A DNA stretch of 62,155 nucleotides, filler included, from Hausera hauseri (taxonomy: Eukaryota): NCBI GenBank assembly GCA_046269625.1. It is 12 parts of 12 records of this genome, joined end to end, with 100 filler letters (N's around TTAATTAATTAA, not from the genome) between each part and the next. Parts side by side here need not be neighbours in the genome. Positions count along the whole stretch, not along the records: positions 48,613 to 52,570 come from JBJURY010858522.1; positions 52,671 to 57,082 come from JBJURY010594667.1; positions 57,183 to 62,155 come from JBJURY010374147.1; 9 more parts are not named here. One strand, given 5' to 3'. The notes beneath the pieces were generated by a model, which saw nothing but the letters and a program-made list of their open reading frames with translations, was not told the origin of the DNA and made no database searches. Shown piece after piece: positions 51,158-62,155 of the stretch (its first letter is position 1; each line of letters opens with the position of its first letter). The position numbers and the translations under genes are program-made.

Positions 51158-51774
51158 TTTTTGTAAAAATGAGTGGGGAGTTATTGATTTATATAATTTT
51201 TGAATTTATTTTCTGATAGAGCTTCTATGCATAATAAAATCTTAAAGTTTTAAGAAAAAAACATGACATACAACAAAAAACGAAATCGCTGTACAATAGT
51301 TTAGATTAAATCCTGAACTTGAAACCAAATTTCATAACTGTCATATACCAAAATTACTGCTGAATTTCTAAATTAATTTCATGTCAGCCATATTAATATC
51401 TAGTTAAAAATTCAAATCAACTGAAATTGCACTTTAACAAGAGTAAAGTACACAGAAAATTATGATGCAACAGTTGTGAGCCAGTTGCAAATGATGTATC
51501 GCTCTTTCATGGTGCCGACATTTTTTTGAAATCAAATAAGCAAATGTGGCATTTTCTAATAATTTGCAGAATAACGGTGATATAGAAAATTTTAAGATAT
51601 GAATTTAAACCGATGGATTGTTTTGAAATAGTAGGCAAAACTTTTCTTAACCTTGTTTTATTGAAATTGATGACGGTTAAAATTGACTTAATTGATATTT
51701 CAATAATTTTTCAGAAGTAATCATATGGTATATACAAAGGTTGATGAATGTTTTTCGGCCACGGACTTCTGGTT

Positions 51775-52010
51775 CTTCATTATTTCTGTTGGCAAACCCC
51801 AAGTATCTTGGAATGATTCTCGATTCCTTGTTATCGTGTGCAGCGTTTCCAACTAATTCCAAAACTTCATCGGACAAGTGTTCAAAAACAGCAGCCAAGT
51901 AAACTGATGTACGGGATCCAACTCGTTCAGCGTTGTTTCCTTTTCTCAGAAGTCCGGAGATTCTTCCGACTGGGGGTTGAAGGCCAATTTTGCAATTTCT
52001 GCCTTTGCTT
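51775..52010 (-). pseudogene. H2A: Histone H2A fragment embedded in an unrelated ORF (51677..52252)
   Basis: [63 protein letters not shown]. Confidence 0.9.
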
Positions 52011-53601
52011 TGAGTTGTTGTTTCTTTAACTAAGTTTTGTTTAACGATTTTGTCCGTAATCAGCGTTGTTCCGACATTCTTCGAATAATGATCACCAATA
52101 GGAACTGGATTGTTGATTGGAATCGGCTGTCTAACATGTTCGTCGACATTCACAAATGTATCGGCATTTTCAATTAAAATATCGTTCGCGTAATCAAATA
52201 ATTTATCTTTAAAGATCGGATAGGACGTATGAATAAGTGTGGAAAATTGCACTTTCTTGTTCAGTATCAGCGTTCCTAATAAATTGATTTTCCTTTTTCT
52301 CGTACAAAAAAAGCAATAGTCAATTTTTTTTCAAAAATCTCTATCCAATTTTAATTTAACGTTTCAAACAAAATCACTAAATTCAATATTGCCAATTGGT
52401 CAGGTGAATCCGGCCGATTCGTAAATTTTTATTTTTATTTCACGAACTCTCAATTTAATTAATTTGTTTGATCCAATAATTCTAATGCTCTGTGAAGAAA
52501 TATCTGGGACCTCACGCAGCCACAACAGCAGGGTTAAATCGCTTTTTGCCTGAAGTATAATTAACGGATANNNNNNNNNNNNNNNNNNNNNNNNNNNNNN
52601 NNNNNNNNNNNNNNTTAATTAATTAANNNNNNNNNNNNNNNNNNNNNNNNNNNNNNNNNNNNNNNNNNNNACATACAATCAAATCGTCCCAAACAGTCTT
52701 CCTAAAGATCGTGCAGGCCCACACCGAACAGAAAAGTGGACACTGACGATAAACAAAAAATACAACTGATAGGTGTCAAAAAATATTTCCGAACAGAACC
52801 AACAGGAAAAAAAAAACTAACAGGTATAAATTTGATGCATGTTCGCTTTAGAAGCAATAGTTTTCTCAGTGCTGTCGTATTTGTCCTCCCTTTGTTTCAT
52901 TCAATTGTTCTATTTTTTTCTTTTTACTCGGTACCTTTTATTGTTACTCTATTGTTCCTGCTTTTTGTCTGTTTCTTTTATATTGCTTTTGCTGTTGTAT
53001 TAACGCAACACACTGAACTTTGCTGTGATTTCCCTTTTCTAATAATCAGAGAGAACAACAGTCGAGTACACAAATGAATACAGGCAAATACATTTGAACG
53101 AGAGGTGAGGAGAGACATACACTGATGACAATTTATTCTATACCTTCCATTGCAGGAACAATCAAAAAAAATAAAAAATAAAAAAGTAAATCCTAACAGA
53201 CATGCACATGATATATGTTCATGTTGAAAAAGAATGCTATTTGTAATGTGTTTGTATTATTCTTATTTTCATTTATTTTCAGTATTTTTTACTTTTTCTT
53301 GGTTTGCTGTTTCTATTGTTTTTTTGTTTTGTTTCCCATTGTTGTGACAATGGAATAAAATGAGGATGTCCCTGAATTCTCTTAGTATGAAGGACAATAT
53401 AACAGTAAGAAAAACATGAGAAAAAAGAAAAAGAGATGTTCAAACGAGTGATGAAAACTGACAGGTACTAAGGATCATTCATTCTTTACCTTCCGGTTCG
53501 AGAAAAACAAATGTTGTATGCGCAACATCACATTGTAACATTCATAAATAGTAATTGGATGTTGATGAGATTATATGATATAAAGATGGTTAATGCTGTC
53601 A

Positions 53602-55707
53602 CTACCCACCACGCGGCCTTTCTCGACCTGAATCAGGTGTCCTACTTCGTTTTCGAGTTGGAGACTCTCCAACAGGGACAGGTCCATCAATCTGTTCATA
53701 CACAACCGCAACATTCTTCTTACTGAATCCAATGCCAATAAGCAGAAACTTCTCGACTCCGCGGTTTTGCGCTGCAGCGACATACTTTTTCTCCTCAATT
53801 TGTGCCAAACCAGCTTCTGCCGCTTTTTCAAGCTCTCTCACCGACATCTCATCGTCTGCTAACTTAGTGCTGCGAACTTCCTGTAACTCAAATATGATAC
53901 AGCGCTTTTCCCTCTCGCATTCAATTGCTAGGTCATAAAACCCGTCTCCACTTACCTGATTTGATGTGACAGTATAGTTCTCATTTTTGTATAAATAGAG
54001 AACGAATCCGAGCATTAGCCCGTGGTAAAAGGCCTCACATTCACGACCAACATCGCGAGAACTGACAACTCGTTTAATTATTTTACGCAAACCTATTTTG
54101 AAATCACTCATCTTTCCTTCTATTAGATTGTTAATGAAGTCTCTCATCCATTGACCATCAGCAGCGTTAGAAAGCCAGCTCATGGTAATATCTTCAAATA
54201 TCGTTATAACCTCCGCATTCGGAATTGTCAACGAATAGTTCCACTTTTCTTTAATAAGCGTCCGTCCTTCAATCTTCAAATAGCCTGTCATGAGTAAAAG
54301 GACGAAGATCATGGTTGGAGAATTCTCTATGTTCTCAAAAGTAATATACTCATTAACCTCGATCGGTTCCAATTTGCCTTTCAACAGCTTTACCAAATCC
54401 GCCTTGAAATAATAACAGGATTCCTTTAACAGCTTTAGAATTACCTTGATGTCACCAGACTTTGCCCAATATGCATCTACAGACCTTCCATTGCAAAGCT
54501 TAGAAATACAGAAAGGACAATACAGTGTTCTCTCCCCGACAAGGTATCCATTATAACATGCCTTCGCAGCCCCCAACTGATTAAACGATCCATAGTGCTC
54601 CAGCATAGCCTTGGTCTCCTCCTCTGTGAATCCAAAATACGGAGCATATCTATCATGTAGCACAGTACGCAGCCTCATATTATTGAGGCCAGAAAAAATG
54701 CTGTCGTTAGCAATCGGCGCAATTCCCGTGAGGACCGCCTTCTCCAAGTAATCATTGCTCTTTAGTGCATGAAGTAACAGTCCATTCATAAAAATTGACA
54801 TGTCGTCATAATATCTCCCACTGTAGGCATTGTGGAATGGAGCGTCGTACTCGTCGATTAATAAGTACGGCTCTTTTCCATGGTAATCATACAAATACCG
54901 CACAAGATTCCCAATGGCGTTTCTCACGTCAATTTTGTCCGCCTCCTTATAAATGATCGCTTGGATCAGCTTCTTGTCCCATGGTTTTAACGTCTTACCA
55001 TCGAGCAAATAAGCATGTTCTTTGTATGAATCAGCGACGCACGTCTCGAGAGCCTTATAGGCGGTCTGATATGTTTCCCCATCGACACCCTTAAGCGAAA
55101 TAAAGATCACTTGGTACTGACCTTGGTGTTTTTTGCATATCTCATGATCTGCTGAAATTCTCAGCTTCTTAAACAGATTTTTCGTCTCTATACCATTCAC
55201 TGTCCTGGAAAGAAAACACCATAACATCCTCATGTTAAGGGTTTTCCCAAAACGCCTGGGACGAGTGATGACAACGACTTTGCCATCTAATATAACATCC
55301 CTGATGAACAAGCTCTTATCCACAAAGTATATCTTTTCCGTTATAAAGCTCATAAAGTCGTCATCGGCATCCTCTATCCCCCTTTCAGCACTTTCGACGA
55401 CTCCTGTGGAAGTCTCATTAGCATCACTGGAGATATTTTGCTCATTATTTCTACGATTCATAAACAGCGAAATAGGAGAGATAAGAAAAGAATATATCTT
55501 CCTCAGAGTGCTTCGTACGATTTCGGGGGAAGGATCAACCCTCACCGCGACACTTTGACTTCCCGCGGCAGAAGGAACAATAGTTTCTGTGCTATTTCTG
55601 CCCTCCATGACTAAAGGATCAAACCTCTCCGCGACACTTTGACTTCCCGCGGCGGACGGGTCAATAGCATTCCTGGACTTGTTTTGCTTCTTATTTCTAC
55701 GCGTCAT
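53602..55707 (-). CDS. Bacterial-type AAA-ATPase-like plus PD-(D/E)XK nuclease-fold protein, intact ORF
   Basis: YFVDKS, ITRPRRFGKTLNM (Walker A), LLIDEYDAP (Walker B), LTGI..SGLNN, FGFTEEE, YNGY, LLMTGYL, IPNAEV, EAFYHG, SNQVSGDGFYDLAI..IIFELQ, ALAQI-like GLAQIEEKKY. Confidence 0.92.
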   Translation of the reverse strand: MTRRNKKQNKSRNAIDPSAAGSQSVAERFDPLVMEGRNSTETIVPSAAGSQSVAVRVDPSPEIVRSTLRKIYSFLISPISLFMNRRNNEQNISSDANETSTGVVESAERGIEDADDDFMSFITEKIYFVDKSLFIRDVILDGKVVVITRPRRFGKTLNMRMLWCFLSRTVNGIETKNLFKKLRISADHEICKKHQGQYQVIFISLKGVDGETYQTAYKALETCVADSYKEHAYLLDGKTLKPWDKKLIQAIIYKEADKIDVRNAIGNLVRYLYDYHGKEPYLLIDEYDAPFHNAYSGRYYDDMSIFMNGLLLHALKSNDYLEKAVLTGIAPIANDSIFSGLNNMRLRTVLHDRYAPYFGFTEEETKAMLEHYGSFNQLGAAKACYNGYLVGERTLYCPFCISKLCNGRSVDAYWAKSGDIKVILKLLKESCYYFKADLVKLLKGKLEPIEVNEYITFENIENSPTMIFVLLLMTGYLKIEGRTLIKEKWNYSLTIPNAEVITIFEDITMSWLSNAADGQWMRDFINNLIEGKMSDFKIGLRKIIKRVVSSRDVGRECEAFYHGLMLGFVLYLYKNENYTVTSNQVSGDGFYDLAIECEREKRCIIFELQEVRSTKLADDEMSVRELEKAAEAGLAQIEEKKYVAAAQNRGVEKFLLIGIGFSKKNVAVVYEQIDGPVPVGESPTRKRSRTPDSGRERPRGG

Positions 55708-57183
55708 AACTAATGAAATAAGAAAGAAATAGAAAAAAATGAGAAAACAATGAAAACGAAAGGCAAACAAACTAGCAGTAACACAAATAACAAACAGTGT
55801 CAGAATGAAAAGTAGATAAAACAGCTGCTAAAATACTCCGTGTACCTTCAACTGCCCTCGCTGTTCCCGTGAGTAACTCTGTAACCCATCACTCTCAACA
55901 CACACTAAGACGCACCACAGTTATTTGATGTTACTAGCCTCTGACCTTTGACATGCCGTGTTATTCACAACAACAAAACGCACTTCCATCATCCCTAATT
56001 GATTGATATTCAATTGAAGCGCGTTATCAGCGCCTTTCCAAAGACTACCCACAAACCCCATGCGGCAGAAAACAAACAAACAGACAAAACGAGTAACTTG
56101 CCGCAAAATCTACCAGGCCACACACAACCAACAACTACGACGAATCCTCCTTGATCCACATATACACCACACACACGCACATACACCGTGGTGTATAAAG
56201 TTGTCCAGCTATTCACTGCATGGATCACATTTTGCACATGTCGTATCAGCACACTATATAAATATTGGAAGGATTTGTCATACTGTCATTGCAGTAGGGA
56301 TATAGTTTTTTGATGGGATGAAAAAATGATCAGCGAAACCGCCCATTAATAGTCGTCACATATATCGCTATTGATTCATCCTTCACAGCGCTAGTTATGT
56401 GTCTATTTATTGCTCTAATGAGAAATCAATTGATCATAACATACACCCTAATTGATCACGAACAATAACCATTTTTTAACCAAAAATTTTTACAGTGAAA
56501 AAAAGGCTGCACACGATGCAATTCGATGATGCGACCATACGCACTCGCAGCAACAACTCGCCTCACGTTTTTGTCAAAACACACCATACATCCAGAAACA
56601 GATCCGTACACATACACATCAGGGCGACAACCGCGTGTGTAACACAAGTTGAAAAGAGAGTGAGAGGCGGAGCAACAGAGAGAGTGGGGAGACAAATGAA
56701 CAAGAAGCTGACCTAGTAAAGCAACAATAGAAAAAAAGAAGCGCACAACAAAGAGCTAGAAACCTACTGATCTGCATGCGTGTTTGGAAGATTCGCAGAC
56801 AGCCCAATATCACAACCAATGATTGCTCCAGCCGTGTTAATAAAATCCCCCTCACTGTTCACAGTGCAAAGCCCCGCAAGAGTAAAAAGGACGGTGGTAT
56901 CCTGCAAGCGGAAGACAATCATGCTATTCAACCAGAAAGAGGTAAAATAAAATAAGGACGACTTATCTTACATTTAATGTGGGCATCCTAAGTATATAAT
57001 AGACGTATGTACAGACATCCCTGACATGGGAGAGATATCAGCGATAAAATCAATATATAATAATAACGTAAAAGTAATTTGANNNNNNNNNNNNNNNNNN
57101 NNNNNNNNNNNNNNNNNNNNNNNNNNTTAATTAATTAANNNNNNNNNNNNNNNNNNNNNNNNNNNNNNNNNNNNNNNNNNNNC

Positions 57184-60100
57184 TCTGGGCCTAAAACAGA
57201 AAAGCCACTTATAACGAAAACATCTAGTGTTGCCGTAAAATCAGAAAAACCGTCTGTAACACCCAATATTGACAAAACAACTGATCAAAAGCCACAGTCG
57301 GCTTCTACGAAATCATTTTTATCGAGTGCTCCAAAAGCTGCATTTTTGAAATCCAAGGATGAAAAATCAGACGTAACGGAGAAAAAATCTGATTTTAAGA
57401 AAAAGGATATGGTTGAAAAGCAGGAAGTATCAAAAGATTCCAAGAATGTTCTTAAAAAAACTCAAAAAGAAGCAAAACTGTCAGAAGTGACTGATGTTAA
57501 GAAGTCTAAAAAATTAATTACTGAACCAAAACCGATTGCTGACAAAAAGAAAACACCTAAAAAACCTCTATCTTCTACAGATGTTAAGGTAAAAGTTGAA
57601 AAGAATATTGAACCACCGCTTGTATCAACAAACGTTCTGATGGATGAAATTGCTAAAGAAATTCCGTTAGTTGTCCAACCAAATTTAGATGTTACAATCA
57701 ATAAAAATGATTTAGACAATGAGCGCGATAAAATTGATGTGCCTTGTAACCAGCCTTCATTGAGCTTAACCACAGATGACACATTAAACAATATTGACAC
57801 TTCCGAACTGTTGGGAAAAATTGAAGACATCGGTCATGTCAATAATCAAGTCGATGAAGCCTTTGTACTTCTAACTTCCGAAAGACCAGATCTTCATAGC
57901 TCTCCGTTATCGGATTTAGCAACAGAAAGTTCCGAGCATCCTAAAACCGAAGAGGATGTTGAACCTTTAAAAACTGATGCGCTATCAACAGATCAAGATT
58001 TGCTATTGATAAACGAAGAATTCCCCGATGATGAAAAATCCGAAAATAATTTAATTGACATGAAACAAGATGGCAGTGTTGACCATTTCACGACAGATGA
58101 AGATATTTTAATTGACCCGACAGTTGATGATTTACGAGAACTGGGTATTTATGATGATGAAGAAATGAAAGCAAATGAAATTGAAGAAAATGAAATCGAT
58201 CATGTGATAAACGATAAAGAGATTTCTGACCAAATTGAAGAAAATGAAATTTCACTCGAGTATGGGGAAATAAAAGTGGCCGATATAACCGAAATGGAGG
58301 AAAAAGATATTGGAATTTCCGACTCAGAGTCAAATCCTATTGACAATTCAAAAGAAGAAACATCTGATGTCAAACGTCTTCCGGAAAGTGATGTAGAGCA
58401 AGAAGATGCAGAAGTTTTAAATCAACACTTTGATAATGAATCATTCGATGAACGTTTTGAACATAATGTTGTCGAAAGAAATGATGTTCGTGAAATCGAA
58501 TCAAATTTCACTAAAATGGATGAATGTGTACCATGTGATATATTAGAGATGGAGAAATGCCCTGCAAGTGGAGATGAAATTGCTTTAGTTGATGTACAAG
58601 TGAAATTTCCGACTCCACATCTTCAAAATGATAATGAAAACTCTAATTTGGAGATACTAATCAACGAAAGTCCTGAAATGATCGAGCATAAAGTTGATTC
58701 AAACGAATTTTTACGTGATCCTGTTAATGATTTGTTTGAACCTGAAAATGATAACATATGTTTTAGCCAAAATGAAGAAAATGATGAATCCGAAAAGAAT
58801 GAGCTTGAACATATTGATCCAAATCAGAGCAAATTTGACAAAGAATACGAATTATATTCAGAGAATGAAACTAAAAATATTTTCGAGGATAAAGAACGAG
58901 AAATTGCTTATAGTGTTGATCACAAAGGCGAAGATTTTGAAAATAATGAAATCGATCAAACGAATGACTACCAAGGATTATCCATTAATGAACCAAATTA
59001 CCTGGATGAGAGAACTGATCACAAAGAATTTGAGAACGAACACGAGTCTTTGAAAGAGAATAAATTGCACACGTTAGAGACAGATCAACCCGATTCCATG
59101 GACGAAAAGGCTGAATGTGACAACATTGAAAGAGATGTTGTCAAGCCATTTGAAGAAAAACATGAAAAATTTGAAGAAGAAGAAAATGACGTTTTGAGTC
59201 AAGATAAAGATGATGAAAATGTTTCTGATAAGGATCATAATCTGTTGAGTGAAGATAGTTATCATGAAAAGAATGACGTTGAAAGATTCGATATGCCCGA
59301 CGAAACTGCTGAAACTTTCGACACTGAGAATGAACCAGAAATAGATAAATGTGAAGATAGTCTAAAATTCGACAAAGTGAACGAGTCTTTTCTTGAAGAA
59401 ACTCATGAAAAATTTGAAGAAGAATTGGAATATGTTAATGAAAGAGAAGACCATGACGAGTTTGAATTACAAGATCATTCGCGTTTCAAAAATGTAGGTC
59501 AAAAGCATCTTGAAGAAAATGAGAATAAAATTCTTGGTGAACAAAAAGAAATTGAATTCTCGGATGAGGACAATTATCGTGAAAAATTTGATGACAAAGA
59601 AATTGAAGTTTTTAAAGATAAACTTGAGGAAGAGGTTGAGATGGACAATGACAATTGTGTAAAATTGCATGTTGATCTAGAAGACAAAGAATTTGGCCAT
59701 TCAGATGAAGAGAACTGTCACAAGGAGCTCGAGTCTCAAGAGAATAAAAACTGTGACATAGTTTGTGAAGAAGATGGACACGGTAATACGAATTTAGAGA
59801 TAAAATACAGTGACCAAGAAATAAAGGATCAAGACGATTTCGACAATGAAGGGGAATATAAAAATAATCTAAATGATGAGGATAATGATCAAGAAGAGTT
59901 TGCTAGTAGCCCTCGGACGTTTGAAGATGAATCAGAAGAAAATTCGGAAGATTTGAAACATGAAGATTTCCAAAGAAGTCAATGTGGTCTCTTGGAGGAA
60001 AGACGTGAGATATTTGAAGAAGATAAACACAGTCCATCGAATGAGCATGCACGTATTCATTATGAAGAGAAAGATGAAAGATTTTCTGAACCGACTCAAT

Positions 60101-61803
60101 TGAGAAATGAAGATGAACAAGATGTTGAATTAACGGGTAAAATTTTGCTTGAAGGACTTGGTGAGGATCACGACGGTTTCAAAAGCGAAGGTGATTTTAT
60201 ATCAGAATCTCCATGTGAAAGGGTTAATAAAATAGAAGATGAGGAATTGTGCGTAATTACAGAACCCCAGAATGGCTCTGAGCTAAACGAAGCATTTGAT
60301 TCAAACATACCCAGTTCAGACAAGTTTCATCCATATCACGAAAATCAAGATGAAATTCATACGAAAGTTAACGAATTAAACGAAAAACCCACAAATATTT
60401 ACTCAAATTACAAATCGAATGATATACCGCACGTTTTAGATTTTGATGAAGATTGTAGTGAAAAGGTTTCGAAGCACGATTCACCGTTAACAAATGACGA
60501 TCAGTTTCGACAAGGCGACGATGTATATAGTTCAGATAATCATAATGCTTTCATTAATTATCCGTCATTCCTCTCACCAGATATCGAAAGCAACAGTCCA
60601 GCCGATAGTGATTTGAGTGCCGACGTTGTGAAGGATTACAACAACTCGAATGATGATGTGAATGAAGTTTTAGAACTAAACAACTTGAAAACAATGCCAG
60701 TTTTGGAAGAAGACGAGCAGGAATCTTCTTTCCCGGAAAATGTAATGAAATCATTAAATAAATCCAATTTTCCCAACCACGATCCGTTTGAAAGTGAATT
60801 AGAAGTACATCAAACAATCGAGGATGAAGACGAAATTCAATACGAAATATCTCGTTTTTACGACGAAAACATTCACAAGTTATCAGATTTGGCAAATCTG
60901 AGTCACACATTTATTCCAGATGATGATCGAAATTATGAAACATTTAATCCTAGTGATAGGGAAAGCAGTGCCAAGTCTGCATCATCCGTTGTGAATGAGA
61001 CTAGTATTTCCGGTGATTTTCACAATAATGTTTCTAAAGATGTCGTCAATAGAGATGACGATATATCTACTCATATCGTCGATTTTCCACCGCCCTCATG
61101 GAACGAACCCTTGGGATTGCCTATGCCGACATTAACAGCAAAACCAACTACCAACACAGTTGGTCAACAATTCAGATAAAACAAGTCTCAAAACTACGAA
61201 ATCCAAACCCGCATCAGATGCGGCTCCTAAAAGCAACGGTACCGTACCGCACAACGCGGTTAAGCCTGCTCAAGAATCACCCAAAAAATTCCCTCAGTCC
61301 TCGGTCATCAATAACACCTAAACCGACATCTGCTAAGACAATCCCAATTACGAAAGCTCCTACGTCAAAACCCGGTAAAAAATTGGATACTCACGATCAG
61401 TCTAAGAAATCTGAGCCTGTCGATCACAGTAAACTAACATCCTACTACATGGAGGTTGCATTCATTCCTGTCCATCAGGACGGCAATGTAAATCCATCAA
61501 GAGTAACTGATGCGTTCTTTACACGAATCTGAGCCCGGAATTATATTCTTCCTGGCCTTGAACACAATAACGAAATTTTAGGCAATCTGTTGATAGGCAG
61601 AAGAAAGTGGGCCGAAACAGACCAATTCGAGGTATGATTAATTCCAGTTAAATAGACCGAAGTTTTAAAGATGGGCATATCGAAATGCGGAAACATTAAC
61701 TCAGCTGAATATAAAAATAGGCACCGCCGTTGAGAATTGTTCAGTTTCCCTCGACGAAATGGGAAATATACCGTGTGTTGCCGCTCATCGAATTGACTTC
61801 TAA
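57184..61803 (+). CDS. MAP1/Futsch-like microtubule-associated protein (5'-truncated; light-chain region disrupted)
   Basis: Lys-rich region followed by a very acidic one; WNEPLGLPMP (Futsch W.KPLGLP.P-like); YYMEVAFIP..FFTRI*ARNYIL..LLIGRRKW..V.LIP..HRIDF* matches the MAP1 light-chain C-terminus; several stops and frameshifts after 61160. Confidence 0.8.
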
Positions 61804-62155
61804 TTGTTATCTTTGAGTTTATTTTTACAATCCAATTAATAACTTTTTTGAGTTTCAATGTCTATTTGTTTTATTTGCCATTTAAATTTAGTTAACTGAA
61901 GTCTTCTGCGGTTAAAGAAGAAATTTAATTTTTGACTTCTGATGTTCTGTGTATCTGCGTGTTAAATAAACTACTGTTTGTTATAATTGACAGTAGCACG
62001 GACTTTGAAAATTATGCTGTTTCTATGTATTGTAATAAAACATTCTATGGACATGGTCGATTTGACTTGATTTCTTAGATTTCGATTTTTATTTGTAATC
62101 AGTTTTCTATAATTATAAATTCGTTTTTGAACTTTAATTTTGTTTTTTTTTCTTG

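Noticed and set aside
55708-55770. Signal peptide or TM helix (MFAFRFHCFLIFFYFFLISLV) on the AAA protein
   Set aside because: It starts at TTG and is better explained as translation of a T-rich pyrimidine tract before the ATG at 55707.
57462-60910. Antisense and alternate-frame ORFs over the acidic MAP1 region (and similar shadow ORFs elsewhere)
   Set aside because: By-products of biased codon composition on the coding strand.
61632-61655. 24-nt intron removing stops in the MAP1 tail
   Set aside because: The segment aligns as coding sequence (V.LIP..TEV), so these look like substitutions.
1-62155. Alternative genetic code explaining the many in-frame stops
   Set aside because: All three stop codons occur at varied ancestral residues alongside frameshifts, and long ORFs are open in the standard code; this is ordinary decay.

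Overview
This window is not one locus. It is 12 contigs of about 4-7 kb joined by an artificial 100-nt spacer (N44-TTAATTAATTAA-N44), so adjacency across spacers means nothing. The DNA is AT-rich and animal-like, with metazoan-type IFT56, IFT172, ADAR, SLC35F, H2A and MAP1/Futsch homologues and apparently very short (about 30-46 nt) introns. Decayed mobile and viral elements dominate. (i) A Ty3/Gypsy element has a chuvirus/gB-like class III glycoprotein UPSTREAM of PR-RT-RH-IN. (ii) Two diverged copies of a related Gypsy carry an FN3-like type I membrane protein (in frame after integrase and a signal peptide where the contig shows it), then a conserved splice-acceptor/4-nt exon/donor, a catalytically dead REX4/ISG20-like exonuclease, a RING finger and a polypurine tract. 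(iii) Two CsRn1-like Gypsy copies have a ~76-aa ubiquitin-like leader ending in RGG/RDG ahead of Gag. (iv) Polinton/Maverick pPolB and a penton-core-MCP-adenain module are present, plus mariner and piggyBac remnants. Host-derived oddities are an IFT56 copy interrupted by ADAR, an internally deleted IFT172, an H2A chimera, a minimal TBP-like ORF, and an intact bacterial-type AAA-ATPase/PD-(D/E)XK gene in eukaryotic context. The best candidate for an undescribed system is a complex, virus-like Gypsy lineage with a fusogen, a surface protein and accessory genes. All family assignments come from motif recognition by eye; no searches were run.
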